Of a DNA stretch of 64,000 bases, positions 38,861-51,764 are shown in pieces. Position 1 is the first letter of the stretch; each line of letters starts with the position of its first letter. Source of the DNA: Camelus dromedarius (taxonomy: Eukaryota); contig NC_087436.1 of assembly GCF_036321535.1 (NCBI RefSeq), positions 40,426,001 to 40,490,000 on the forward strand, in the 5' to 3' direction. A model generated the notes under the pieces. That model did no database searches. It saw nothing but the letters and a program-made list of their open reading frames with translations, and was not told the DNA's origin. The position numbers were made by a program, and so were the translations under genes.

Positions 38861-40029
38861 GCCTAGAAAGCAGATATGGTGTGATTTTTGTCAATACTTA
38901 TACGTCTCAGTGAAACTTGAGTAAATTAGTTATTTTATCAAGCACATTGACCCTTTGAAAGCACTAAAAGATGAATATATATAATTCTTCTGAGGATTAA
39001 TACGTTAATAGGAAAGTTCCATTCTAGCCAGAAGTCGATAAAAGTTTGTATGTTAAACTAGCTCAGGATTATGGAGTTTCTCACAGCTATCAAGAGAGCT
39101 TGGTACATGATAAATGGACCTCTGCACCAATTTTACCCAAATATTTATTTGTTGCTTTCTGTAAGCAAAAATCACCAGCAGCAGAACTCAGGGTTATGTA
39201 CTTAAAACTTAATAGTAAATTTAAATCTAAAATGATTTCCTTCCTTCTTTTGTTCACAGAAATATCTTTCAGGTTGATTTAAGTCTATAGTAGATATAAA
39301 TCTCCCAGGACAAAGTTTTAACATTGCATCTTCCATAGACTCTTCGATTTACCCTGTGATACTGTCTTATTTTATGAGTTTCATAGTTTCAGTTTCTCTC
39401 TCATAAAAGAGACTTTTCTCTGTTACAAAGCTCCTTTTTGATCCCATGAGAAAGTCACAGTACTGAAATATCTTTTTAAGGATATTTTCACAATAGATTG
39501 AGGATTTATAAACACCTGAGAGTTGAGTGTAATAATAGACAGATGAATAGGGGAACAAGCAGGAATTTAAGAGAAAAACAAACACGGTTTATTAATAACA
39601 GGGGAACACTAGTCTAAGATTCACTGGCTGAGTGCATTCAATTTCCCTTAAGCTTTCTGTAGTCAGGCTATAGATTATTTCAGAATGTCAGTTTGGTCTA
39701 CTGGAGAAAGGCAGCCATTAAGAAGGAGCTCTCCCTTCTATATGTTATCCACTGTAAGTGGAAAAGTTTGAATGAGTTAGATGATTTAGTTAAAAGGAAG
39801 AAGAATATGTGAAGTTTATTTTTTTTTAATATCTGGGGTATTTAAAGTAAGATATTTTTGAAGAGATGATATTTATTTAATAAACTCCTAGTATTTACAT
39901 TCTATTCAGTTACAACTATTTTGAAACAATATTAATACTTATAGTAAAACTATTTTTCCTGAAGTTCTCTAACATTTTAAGGAAAGATTTTATTTTTCCT
40001 AAAATTGAATGGCTTTAAGTTTTGTAAAA

Positions 40030-40050
40030 GTGCATCCTGGGAATTGTAGT
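40030..40050 (-). promoter_or_regulatory. ZNF143/THAP11 (SBS2-type) motif match
   Basis: Minus strand reads ACTACAATTCCCAGGATGCAC, against the established ACTACAATTCCCAG(A/C)ATGC. Motif match only; binding not shown. Confidence 0.5.
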
Positions 40051-40680
40051 GTACTCCCTAATGACAGTAAGTCACAGGATTTCCATTGTTTGTCTTGTCT
40101 CTGTTCTATAATGTACTGTCAGCAACCAGAAGCCAGAAAGAATAAAAGGCACAAAGATAGATAATGGAAGTTTCTATAGCAGCAGGATCTCAGACAATAG
40201 AAACAAAGAATGATAATTTCAAGGCATGATAATTTCAAAGGCTTTGAAGGCATGGTAATTTTCAAAAGCTCACAGTTAATCTATTGATGAGTAAGATGTC
40301 TTTAAAGGTATTATATAAGTCATATGACAACAATAAAGATTTGTTTCTGTTTTTGCTTTACTGTCACATATCCAAAAACAGCAAGATTTGCCTGTGGACA
40401 ATTGAACTTAGTCATTTTTACTGTTATGGTGAAAATGCAGATGTTACCAGAAAATAAGTAAAGGCAGTTAAAATATTTATATTCAGTTACTGCAGAGTCA
40501 AAAACAGTTTGGTTGCAATTACAAATGTATTTTTAGTCACTAATTGTTTTTATATGTGTGAGTGTATATGTGCAACTTGGGGATGGTTTCATGCCATTTT
40601 AGATTTTTGCCTCTTTTTCTGATTGTTTACATTTAGTTTTCATTCAGTTGTTTTTGTTCTACTGGTTTTCATGCACTTTA

Positions 40681-42608
40681 TTTTTTATTGAAGTATAATC
40701 AGTTTACAATGTTGTGTCAATTTCTGCTGTACAGTATAATGTTTCAGTATTAGATACATACATTCCTTATCATATTCTATTTCATTATAGGTTACTACAA
40801 AATACTGAGTATAGTTCCCTGTGCTATGTAGCAGGACCTTGTTGTTTATCTATTTTATATATAGTAGTTAGTATCTGCAAATCTTGAACTCCCAATTTAT
40901 CCCTTATCACCCCTTTTCCCCATTGGTAACCATAAGTTTGTTTTCTCTAGCTGTGAGTCTGTTTCTGTTTTGTAAACTAGTTCATGTATATATTTTTCTT
41001 TTTAGATTCCATATATAAGTGATATCATATGGTATTTTTCTTTCTTTTTCTGGCTTACTTCACTTAGAATGACATTCTCCAGGAGCATCCATGTTGCTGC
41101 AAATGGTGTTATGTTGTCAGTTTTTATGGCTGAAGAGTATTCCATTGTATAAATATACCACTTCTTTATCCAGTCATCTGCTGATGGACATTTAGGCTGT
41201 TTCCATGTCTTGGCTATTGTAAATAGTGCTGCTATAAACATTGGGGTGCAGGTGTCATTTTGAAGTAGGGTTCCTTCTGGATATACGCCCAAGAGCAGGA
41301 TTCCTGGGTCCTATGGTAAGTCTATTTCTAGTCTTTTGAGGAATCTCCATAGTGTTTTCCACAGTGGCTGCACCAAACTACATTCCTACCAGCAGTGTAG
41401 GAGGGTTCCCTTTTCTCCACAGCCTCTCCAGCATTTGTCATTTGTGGATTTTTGAATGATGGCCATTCAGACTGGTGTGAGGTGATACCTCATTGTAGTT
41501 TTGATTTGCATTTCTCTGATAATTAGTGATATTAAGAATTTTTTTCATGTGCCTATTATTTGTATGTCTTCCTTGAAGAATTGCTTGTTTAGGTCGTCTG
41601 CCCATTTTTGGATTGGGTTGTTGGTTTTTTCCTTATTAAGTCGTGTGAGCTGCTTATATATTCTGGAGATCAAGCCTTTGTCAGTTTCATTTGCAAAAAT
41701 TTTTTACCTTTCTGTAGGTTGTCTTTTTGTTTTACTTATGGTATCCTTTGCTGTACAGAAGCTTGTAAGTTTCATTAGGTCCCATTTGTTTATTCTTGCT
41801 TTTATTTCTATTGCTTGAGTAGACTGTTCTAGGAGAACATTTTTGAGATGTATGTCAGATAATGTTTTGCCTGTATTTTTTTCTAGGAGGTTTATTGCAT
41901 CTTGTCTTATGTTTAAGTCTTTGATCCATTTTGAGTTGATTTTTGTGTATGGTGTAAGGGAGTGTTCTACCTTCATTGTTTTACACGCTGCTGTCCAGTT
42001 TTCCCAACACCATTTGCTGAAGAGACTGTCTTTATTCCATTGTATATTCTTGCCTCCTTTGTCAAAGATTAGTTGACCAAAAGTTTGTGGGTTCATTTCT
42101 GGGCTCTCTATTCTGTTCCATTTGGTCTATATGTCTGTTTTTGTACCAACACCATGCTGTCTTGATGACTGTAGCTCTATAGTATTGTCTGAAGTTGGGG
42201 AGAGTTATTCCTCCAGCCTCTTTCTTTCTCTTCAGTAATGCTTTGGCAATTCTAGGTCTTTGATATAAATTTTATTATGATTTGTTCTAGTTCTGTGAAA
42301 TATGTCCTGGGTAATTTGATAGGGATTGCATTAAATCTGTAGATTGCCTTGGGCAGTGTGACCATTTTAACAATATTGATTCTTCCAATCCAAGAGCATG
42401 GGATATCTTTCCATTTTTTTAAAGTCTTCTTTAATTTCCTTCATCAATGGTTTATAGTTTTCTGGGTATAATTCTTTCACCTCCTTGGTTAGATTTATTA
42501 CTAGGTATTTTATTACTTTAGGTGCTATTTTAAAGGGGATTGTTTCTTTATTTTCTTTTTCTGTTGATTCATCATTAGTGTAAAGAAATGCAACTGATTT
42601 TTGAATAC
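40681..42608 (-). mobile_element. Young 5'-truncated L1, 1.93 kb
   Basis: Perfect 14-bp TSD tttcatgcacttta (40667-40680, 42609-42622) at a TT/AAAG-type site. ORF2 peptides [65 protein letters not shown] and IQKSVAFLYTN. Frameshifted. Confidence 0.95.
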
Positions 42609-43759
42609 TTTCATGCACTTTAAATTTTGTCCTCTTATTGAATTGTCTGAAAGCAAAAAACTACCAATGATTGTTTTGAAATTATTTAAGTATTTATTTT
42701 CATAAAAATGGATGACTAAGAAACTTAAAAACCATTTGAAAGGAATTTTACATTTTGTGAAGTATTTTTATTTTAAAAATTAATTTGTAAGTGCCTAATG
42801 GTGGCTATATTGTCTCTATGGAGATGTTCTTACCTTTTTCCTTGCATTTTTAATTCTGTGAAAGCAGGGCTTCAGGTAGCATTTAAATATAATTTACACC
42901 ACTCAGTGTAGTTGCTATCCTGTAAAACAATTTCTCCTTTCAAGACTGATGCCTTAGGAAGGAATCACGTACAATTTTAATCACATTCAGTGACATGTTT
43001 ACACATACGAAATTGAACTATGATCCTAAGAATCATGTGTAAATTTTCAAAAACATCTCAGAGTTTGTGAAAATGTCCCCCAGATTTAGATACAAGGATG
43101 AAAACGCTGAAAGGTCCAATACAGTGACAAAGCACCCCTACTGTGCACAACATTTTAAGTTCTTGAAAATAAGTGGCTAGAAATAATCATTGTTAACCAA
43201 TTTGACTTTTGGAGCAATGTGTCATAATTTTTGAGTCAATCAGCTCTTTTTCAACTATTTCATCTTGAATTAAATAAGGTAGGGCTATGTTTGTCAACAC
43301 CAGCCCTGGAAATTCAAAGCCACTAGGAGAGAAAATTCAATTTGAGGCAATTGTTCATAAAAAAGTCTCCTGAGGGTATTCCCCCTTTTTTCCCCCTCTC
43401 TCTGTTTACTCATTGAGGCATAGTATGGAGTTCCCTCAGAATTCTCAGTTTCACTATACTTCAGAAATGAAAGATGACTAAGAATATATTGCTGAGTAAA
43501 AGTAGCACTTTTCCAGGAAAGTATGGTTCATATGACACTGGTTTCATACAAGAAAGAAAATTAAAAACATCTGTATGCAGTTGATTATCATTCTTCAAGA
43601 TAGTGAATAGTAGTGGTAGGAGTATTTGACCAGCTCTAGGGCATCCTTTAGCCCAGTCAGTCACCCCCTCACGGCCCCAGATAGCAGGCTCCTGGATGCA
43701 GTTTTGAGGGAAAATTACCTGCCTAAGGATTGAACCTTAAGACCCACATATTTAGTATA

Positions 43760-44360
43760 ATACTTAAAAAGTTTCAAAAGAGCAAGTGAACAAGTGGAAT
43801 GGCATACAGTGTTCTTAGAAAGGGAGATTTAATATCACAGAAAATAAAATTACCTTTTTTATACAAATTTCCTTTCAGAATTTAAATAAACATAGGGGGA
43901 TTGTATAAAGTGATATTAAAATTAATAGGTTAATAAGTGTATTAGATTATCCCACAATATTATCAATTAAAGACCCATAATATGTACTTACTTGCCTTAC
44001 CAAATTTTACAATGTATGATAAAGGATTTACAATGTAATCAACATGATTTAGGAATAGAGAAATGAGTGAAGCAGAGTAAGGTATCCAGGAAGAGATTTC
44101 AGTATATATGAAGATCAATATTCAATATCGCTGTTAGTTTAATCAGTGAGAAAGAACGGGTTAAGTTAATATATGTTGCTCAAAAAACTGGCAATCTGTA
44201 TGTAATTATATAAAACTAGACCTCATCTCAAGTCTTTTATGGAAAGTACATTTGCAGTGGAGTAAATAAATATGAAAATACTGAAATAATTTTATGTCAA
44301 GATACTTGAAAGTTAGCTTCTATTGAATGAGAAAATCCTTTATTTACCAGGACCAATATT
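43760..44360 (+). mobile_element. Ancient L1 (L1ME-like) ORF2 fragment
   Basis: gaacaagtggaatggcatacagtgttct..ttgccttaccaaatttt..aatcagtgagaaaga..aaaactggcaatc..aaaactagacctcatctca. Confidence 0.55.
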
Positions 44361-44369
44361 TTGATGTCT

Positions 44370-45340
44370 GACTATACACACTCAAAGTAGAAAGAACTCG
44401 GTGTATGCTCACACCAGTTTCTTCTTGTCTGGGGAGGAAGAGGGGCGTCCTTGTAGATGGTAGGGCTGAAGACGGGAGTGTGAAGAGAACTGACCTGAAG
44501 GAAAGAGAGATTATCAAGCACCCAGGGCACCCTACATAGGGATAGTTTGGGTATTGAGATGGGGAGGCGGCAAAAGGCTAAAGGAATACCTGCAGATTTC
44601 CGTACTTCCCTGCTGACCACAAGGTGGCACAGGAGAGGAGAGTGGAAGCAGACGGAAGTGTCCTCTCAGGAGGAAACAGCACTTTTCAGTTTCTCTTGCT
44701 CACTAGTGGCCAGAGGACTACAAAAATTCCGGGGACCGCATAAAAGATAGCTGACTTGACTGGTAAGGTACCAAGGAGGTCCCATCATTAAAGGGCTAAG
44801 GAATTCTTTAACTGAGAGCGGCAGGGAGGATCACCAAGCCATGGACTATAGTATTTGCAGCCAGACATCAGAGGATCTGAAGGCTAGCGAGAGGCTAAGT
44901 GGCATCAAGGCAGGAGGGAGCTAGAGGCTCAGGTTCCTGGGGGCTATGGCCCTACCCCAAGAGCACACTGCCAGTTCCCTGTACTGCAACCACCAAGGGA
45001 GAGCTCGATCCACACTTAAAGCAGTCAAACACAACTGGAAGTCAGTGGCAACTTACATAAAGTGATTGAGATTTCTTCTTAAAGGAAAGTAAGTGTTTCT
45101 GTGTCCTCATACACATTAGGAAATGAGGAGGGTGGGGAGTACCCCAGGGGACAGATTGCATAGGGAGTTTGAATGTTACACTTGATGGAGTAAAATGTCC
45201 CTAAATAACTCATTTAGACTGAGGGAAAAAAGGTGGGGGGATAATGATATGTTTAATCCTCTATTTTTTTTTTCCTTTTCCCTTCCATCAGTGGAAATTA
45301 GAGTTTGTGAGTAAGATGATATTTACTATAGAAAATAAGT
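44370..45340. mobile_element. GC-richer block, probably an ancient LTR (MamGyp/LTR8x-like)
   Basis: Abrupt compositional block of about 1 kb interrupting the L1ME-like DNA. The family assignment is a guess. Confidence 0.35.
44617..44630 (+). promoter_or_regulatory. CTCF core motif match
   Basis: CCACAAGGTGGCAC matches CCASYAGRKGGCRS at 13 of 14 positions. ETS-type CGGAAGTG at 44653-44660. Confidence 0.45.
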
Positions 45341-46589
45341 TCCCTAAGAGATATTTTGAGAGTATGGATTCTTCTGTGTAAATGTTAATCTCATTAAAAT
45401 TTATTGGTGAATTCTTAGAGCTTTAATTTCACATTTTAATTTGTACAGAAACTGAACAAAAGCTGTTAGACATCAAAGAGATAAAAAGACATTTTCTATA
45501 CTGAATAAAAATATCTCTTCCTAACCCCACTAACTGTGGAAAATTAGCAACAGAAAATACTTGCTTGTTAATTTCTATTCTTTTATATGAAATGTATCAC
45601 TTGCTTTGCCATCACATTAAAAGGAGAAATATGTAAGAAAGAAAAAAAATTATATATTAAAAAGAAAACACCATTTTGGTTGTCAGTGAAATTTGAAAAA
45701 TGAGTAAAAGTCATAGAGAAAAATCTCCTTTGTCATATTTGTGTGATACTTTTCTTTCCTTAGTCTTTCACAATGCTGATCACTGTCTTCAGTGTTCGTG
45801 TGTATTTGGCAGGAGGTGGGGGGTGGGAGTTTCCTCATGTTGTTTTGTTACTTTTCAAGTTTCTCTGTTTCTGATTGATCCTTTCATGTTATTGTTCCTG
45901 AGGCGTCTATAAACTGAGAGATGTAGATGGTGAATATGTTAGGAATAGGTGACGCTTGGAGGGAGCCTTTGATCTTTTAAGATAGCAGAGCCCTGAGAAT
46001 GTTTGCTTGCTCAGGAAGGCAGTTAGTGGTGTGCAGATGATTGAAGAATCATAGAAGAAGGAGCAAAACTGAAAAGAAAAAAGAAAAACACACCATTAAG
46101 GAAGGAATGGAAGCCTAACATGGGCCGCAATCCCGGATGAGAAGAAAAGTCTGGAGGAGAGAATGCCCACAGTTTTCTTTAACCTGAGCGAAGAAATAAA
46201 TTGAAATGCTATTATGTAGCTTGCGGATGGGCATCTAAGTGCCTGACTCACATTTAGCAAACACCCAGAGGCAACATTAAAAATGATTTGAGATTCTGGA
46301 TTTTAGCTCAATCTAGACCCTTTCATATGCCATAAAAACGAATTAGCAAATTTCATATAAATAAATAAGAAAATATATTTTTCCACAAGAGAACAAAAAT
46401 AGGTGAATAGTAGCTCCTGAGAGTTTGAATGTCTGAGATTCCTGAATAATTACCTAATTGTGACAGTAACTTACTCAAGGATCTCACTTTTTGATACCTC
46501 TGTCCTAAAACAAGACCTAATTTTAGTCGTCCTAAGCACAACTTTGAGAAAAAAGTCTATTTCTTATCAAATCTCTATTGGTTTATTTT

Positions 46590-46746
46590 TTAATCCTACA
46601 TATTCTGCAGAGTAAGAGTCATCATCTGATTTTAGAGACGATAAATTTGAGGAAGAGAGAGATTAAATAAGCTATGCAAGGTCACACATATTGTATTGAC
46701 GGAGAAGAGATTCAATGACTGTTTTTCCTAAATCACAGAGTACTTT
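46590..46746 (-). mobile_element. MIR SINE core
   Basis: attttagagacgataaatttgagg..agagagattaaataagctatgcaaggtcacaca. Confidence 0.65.
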
Positions 46747-47276
46747 GGGATAAAAGCTTTACTCTTGTGTAACATTTGTAATTCAGAAAAATTCATTGAT
46801 TGACTACATCTTAAATTAGTGATTTATTGATGTCCTCCAAGTTAGATTTTCTTTGATATAGTAATACCATTCTTTAAAAATTATACATTATGTATTTACT
46901 ATTAACTTAATACTTGAATTCAACAACAACAAAAATAATACCCTAAAGAATAATCGCTTAGCTTCCCCCAAATAGAGAAATTAATTTGTGTTTAAGATAC
47001 TTGGAAATAGCATTTCCACTTACTGGCGGATTTCTTCACTGACGTATTCTTTTCCTAACCAGCTTCTTTATTCCTTTCACTTTCATGTTTGACTATAGAG
47101 GATGCTCGTGAGTAGGGAAATTGCACTGCTGTAATTGAGACCTTTACCCTCACTTCATCCCTCTCTCTCCTGGAACAGCAATTACAGTTTTGGAAAACCA
47201 CCTCCAATCCAGGAGTGAGTCCTGAATCGTTGAGCACAGTCACGATACCCATCTGCCTTGTCTGTGTTTGGCCCAC

Positions 47277-47826
47277 TGGTCAGAAGAGGATTAACTCAGC
47301 AGACCTGGCTTGCTCCAACGCTGCATATTCCAAAGAAGGGCCTTCGGTTGGCTCCTAGCAGACAACCTCTTAGCCCTTGTAGTATTCTGCCTGATAAGAG
47401 GTTTGCCTGAGGCCTTGGGCTGGGCTGTATGAATGGATAAGTATATCCTAACTATGTGATAGACCATGGATGCTGGTCATGGGTGGGTGGGGGTCCGTTG
47501 GAGTCTGAGTAGCTGAGGTCAGTCATGTAGGCACTGCCCCTGTGAGCTCCCCGAGTTGGCAACAGTTTGAATGTGGTGTTACACGTTGTTGCTGGGAGAA
47601 TTAAGTGCATCCTGAGGTGCCTCCAATAGGAGCAATTTTGAGAACGGCTGGAAACATGTGCTGGTTTCTCCTGGACTGCGCCCCGTGAACTCTTTCTTTT
47701 TGCTGATTTTCATTTGTTTCCTTTCACTGTTGTAAATTGTAAACGTGAGCATAATAGCTTCTGAAATCTGTGAGTTCTTCTTTTGAATCATTAAAATGGA
47801 GGATTGTTTTGTGGACTCCTGGCACA
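47277..47826 (+). mobile_element. MER77-like ERVL solo LTR
   Basis: tggtcagaagaggattaactcagcagacctgg..gcatattccaaagaagg..ctgcctgataagag..gttgctgggagaattaag..gactcctggcaca, with TG...CA termini. Confidence 0.8.
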
Positions 47827-48219
47827 TTCAGGAACCCGAATTAAGATCATCATTGCAGTATTTTCTTCTTAAAAATAAATAAGCGTGTAGCCCAGTTACC
47901 CAATCAGAATAAACCAAACTTACCGCTGGATTTTGTATTATTTCGACATCAAACTAATAAGTTTTGTGGTTTGCTTGTTCTGTCTTACAGCCAGAAAACA
48001 TTCTAAGTGAAACACACAAGATATACTATATCCATACAAGTAGGCCCTTTTTGGCTCAATGTTATTTCAAATAGAGGACTTATATTAGCTTTAGTAGCAA
48101 AGCTTTTATCGGCATTTAAGAGGCTATAAGGCTATTTTTAGAATAGCATGCTAGTAATTGGAGTGCTCCTTTAATTAGGGGTGAATATTTTGTAGCTATT
48201 ATAAAGAGTATCAAATTGG

Positions 48220-48316
48220 TGTGTATATATATATGTATGTATGTGTATATATATATGTATATATATATATGTATGTATAAATAAAATACATATATATATA
48301 TATGTGTATTTTATTT
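48220..48316. repeat. (TA)n/(TATG)n compound microsatellite ending in a palindrome
   Basis: Direct reading of the sequence. Confidence 0.9.
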
Positions 48317-49675
48317 TATTAAAAATACATATCTTTCCCAAAATGGAGAATCATGGCATTGGGAACGTATCTTCTAAATAATAAAAATCTGCATAAGTTG
48401 CCTCAGCTAATAACACATTTGAAATAAAAAAATTTGTTTGTTAATGAAATTAACCCTGTAATTTGCATTCCTATTGCCAACAAAAATAGCAACAACAAAT
48501 GTATTACTTCTACAAAATATTCTTCATGGCATTCAGTTTTAATAAACAAACTGAGCAGAAGTAACTCAACAGGGCAAACTTACAAGAAGAATATTGGAAG
48601 GAACATTTTTACGAATACAATGTATTTAATCTTTTACGTAAAATATACATTTTGTCATTAGCAAAAGAATAGTTTCCTTTGGACAGTGGAAAATAAAATG
48701 ATCCAAGTGCTCATTCCTCTGTACCAGCAGAGGAAATAATTTAACATATGTTTACAGAAATATTCTTTTGTTTTAAAATACTTTTTCCTTTGATCTTTAA
48801 TACTGAATTTTTAAAGGCAGTTTCTAAAGTTGTGTATCAACTTGCTAGTGATTATTTGTATACTATAGCATGTAAACCATAATGTATTGTTGTATTTGTA
48901 AAGTATCATATTGGATAGTAAATTAAATTCTGAAAGATTCCAGGAGAATACTCTATTATATGTTCTTGCTAACATATCACTTTGATGTCGATAGTTTAAA
49001 GTTAATTGAGTGTGGCATTTAGATAATCCAGCTAAAAGACCAAATTTTCTCCCCTCTATTGTGTACATTTTTTTCCTCTCCCCTCCCCCTCCTCTCCTTC
49101 TCATCCCACTGCTTTCCCTTCTTCTCCTCTTCCTTTATCTCTTCCTCATCTTTTTCTAACTTGCATTTAAATATACTGTGTGTCCTAAGAGCATTTCTAC
49201 ATAGCCAAAGCACCATCTTAGTTATAAGATTTTTATCTTAATTTCTAAGAATTCACAAATGCCTGTTTAATATCAACTTTAGAAGAACATTCTTTAGAGT
49301 CAACAGTTTCTTGATGTCATTTTGAGGTTGAAGAAAATAGTTTAATTTTTGCCTGCTAGATTAAATGCTATTAAAATAGACCCCTTGTTTAGATAGGAAA
49401 GTTGATCCTCTTTGAAGGAAGGTAATATCCATACATGAGAAAAGCAAAAAGTATTTATGAAGCAAACTAAAACATGTGACTGTAGTACCAGAGGAACTTG
49501 ATTATATTCTGGATTTTATTAGTAAGTTGTTGGTTTAGTTATCTGTTTATGTAAGTCTATAAAATAAAGACTAAAATAACACGTGTCATTTCCATTTATA
49601 TAGATGATTTCATTATTCTGATATATGAATAGAATATAATGACAACTATACCAATTCTTAAATATAAGGGAGTGG

Positions 49676-50055
49676 TGACAAAGACTCTCTCCTTGACCAA
49701 ACGTTGGTCGTGTTCCTCAAAGTATTCTTTTTGACTAGGCTTGGACCTTAGTCCCCGTCCTGTCTTTAAGCTGTCTATCCCAACCTTAGCAAAGAATTCT
49801 GCTAAGTCATCTCCCCACCCTTGATATCTGACCATTCGTGATATCTTCTCCAGTTACTCATCGCTCACTTTTGATGTGTAAATCTTTCATCAGCCTTTAG
49901 CAAGAATCCTATTAGGCCAGTTTAGCAAGAATCTCTTACCCTTGATGTTTCTTTTTAGTGATTTTCCATCCAATGACCCTCTTATTCTGTTCATTGCATA
50001 TAAATCCCCACCTGTATTTGCTGTATCCAGATTTAAACACAAGCTCTCTCCCCTT
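49676..50055 (+). mobile_element. MER31-like ERV1 LTR
   Basis: Starts tgacaaagactctctccttgaccaaac; repeated ttagcaagaat and cccttgat blocks; tataaatcccca. The 3' end appears truncated. Confidence 0.8.
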
Positions 50056-51691
50056 ATGATGATGTCGGGGTGCTAACTGGGATCTTTTTTTTTGCAAGGG
50101 TACCAATCCTATTCATAAGTGTTTGGTTTCACAAGGTACAAGACCTTATTGAGATCACCCTAAATTAGAACAAGTACTATCTCCGTTCCACGTGCTCCTG
50201 ACATCATCAGAGATGTGAAATTATTTATTCTTGCTTTTAGATTGAAGTTCCCCAGATGGTACTGTCCCTCTGATTCTAGGTAATAGAGAGGATAGTCTCC
50301 TGAGTTCAGCAGCTAAGGGAAAAGTAGGGCTGAAGCTCAGCTACACTGACTACTGTTACCAAACCAATCCCTTCAAAAAAGAAAAAAGAAAAAAGAATCT
50401 TGATAGTTTTTCTCCTTTCTCTCCTTCTAAAGCTTGTGTCTAAGATTTTGTACTCCGTTTCTTGTACAATACATGGCATCCTGTTTTGTTTTCCTCCCCC
50501 AGCACTTTAAAGACTAGATTATCTCTCACGATATTATGTCTTAAATGTAGAAGTTTATTTTGGTCAGAAGTTTTGTAGTTTTTCCCATAAGCACTGTGTA
50601 TTTTTCAAATTCAAATTACTTTTAAATAATGACTTTCTCTGGAAAGTTGAAATTTGTATGAATTTCTGAACATCAGAAATAAAAATACCAGGGTCTACCT
50701 ATGATAATTGATTTTTACAAGTGGAAAGGCCATAAAATATCCCAAAGCAACTTATGAATAGTATGTTTCCATGTTGTTATTAATTTATATATTCAAAATT
50801 TTATTTTATACTTTTTGATATTCAAATTTTTAATGGAGTCCATCCATATAAAGTCTACATGTTAAATTACTAAGTCTTTGTATTAAACAGACAATTCTAT
50901 TTTCTGATCATATAATAAATTGCTATGTAAACAATCTCAGGCTTATTGGCAATCAATGATATCGATGTCATAAATCAAGGGCTGAATCCAGCAGGTAGTA
51001 TTCTGCATCTTTGCACCATACACAAAATATTATAGCCCAGTGAATAACCAACTACTATGGTTAAAGATCTCTACCTATATAAGAAAAAGTGAAAATTCAA
51101 AATCTTCTCATTTAGTAGGCTTATAAATTCTTGACAATTATTAACATGTCTTCTATTCTTATTCCACATAAGGCCTCTGAGATCAATTGTCTTCGTCTTC
51201 TGTCTTTAAATTCCTTCAATTTTTGTTTTCCACAAAATTTCCTTTAACATCCTTACACCATATGTCACCAGGAACAGAACTGATATCACAGACAGATTTC
51301 TTACCAGCTATTAAATAATTCATCAAAGAGTAGCAACTGCTAGTCTCTGTGAAGCCTGGCAGATGTGGAGCCGCATGGTGACGGGCGAAAAAAATCTCTG
51401 TCTTCCATTTGTCCTTGATGGTAACTATGGTTCTGTTTTGAGTAAAAGTCCCACACAGGATCTCATTTTCTGTGAAGCTTTTAATTGGTATCAATAGGAT
51501 ACACACTAATATATAATTAAAATCTGTGAAAAGTTTTCTAAAACTGTGACATAATTATATAGAAATCTGTAAGAAAATATCACTTCTTTATAGTCAGTTT
51601 GTGTTAAAAATAGTTGGAATCATTGAATATGAAATGGTGTGAATATGTTTAACTTTGCTTTTTATCTTCGTTCCAAATTACTTTTGGGGGG

Positions 51692-51764
51692 GTCTGTCTG
51701 TCTGTCTGTCTATTTACCTACCTACCTACCTACCTACCTACCTACCTACCTACCTATCTATCTA
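51692..51764. repeat. Compound tetranucleotide repeat (TCTG)n(TACC)n(TCTA)n
   Basis: Direct reading of the sequence. Confidence 0.95.
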
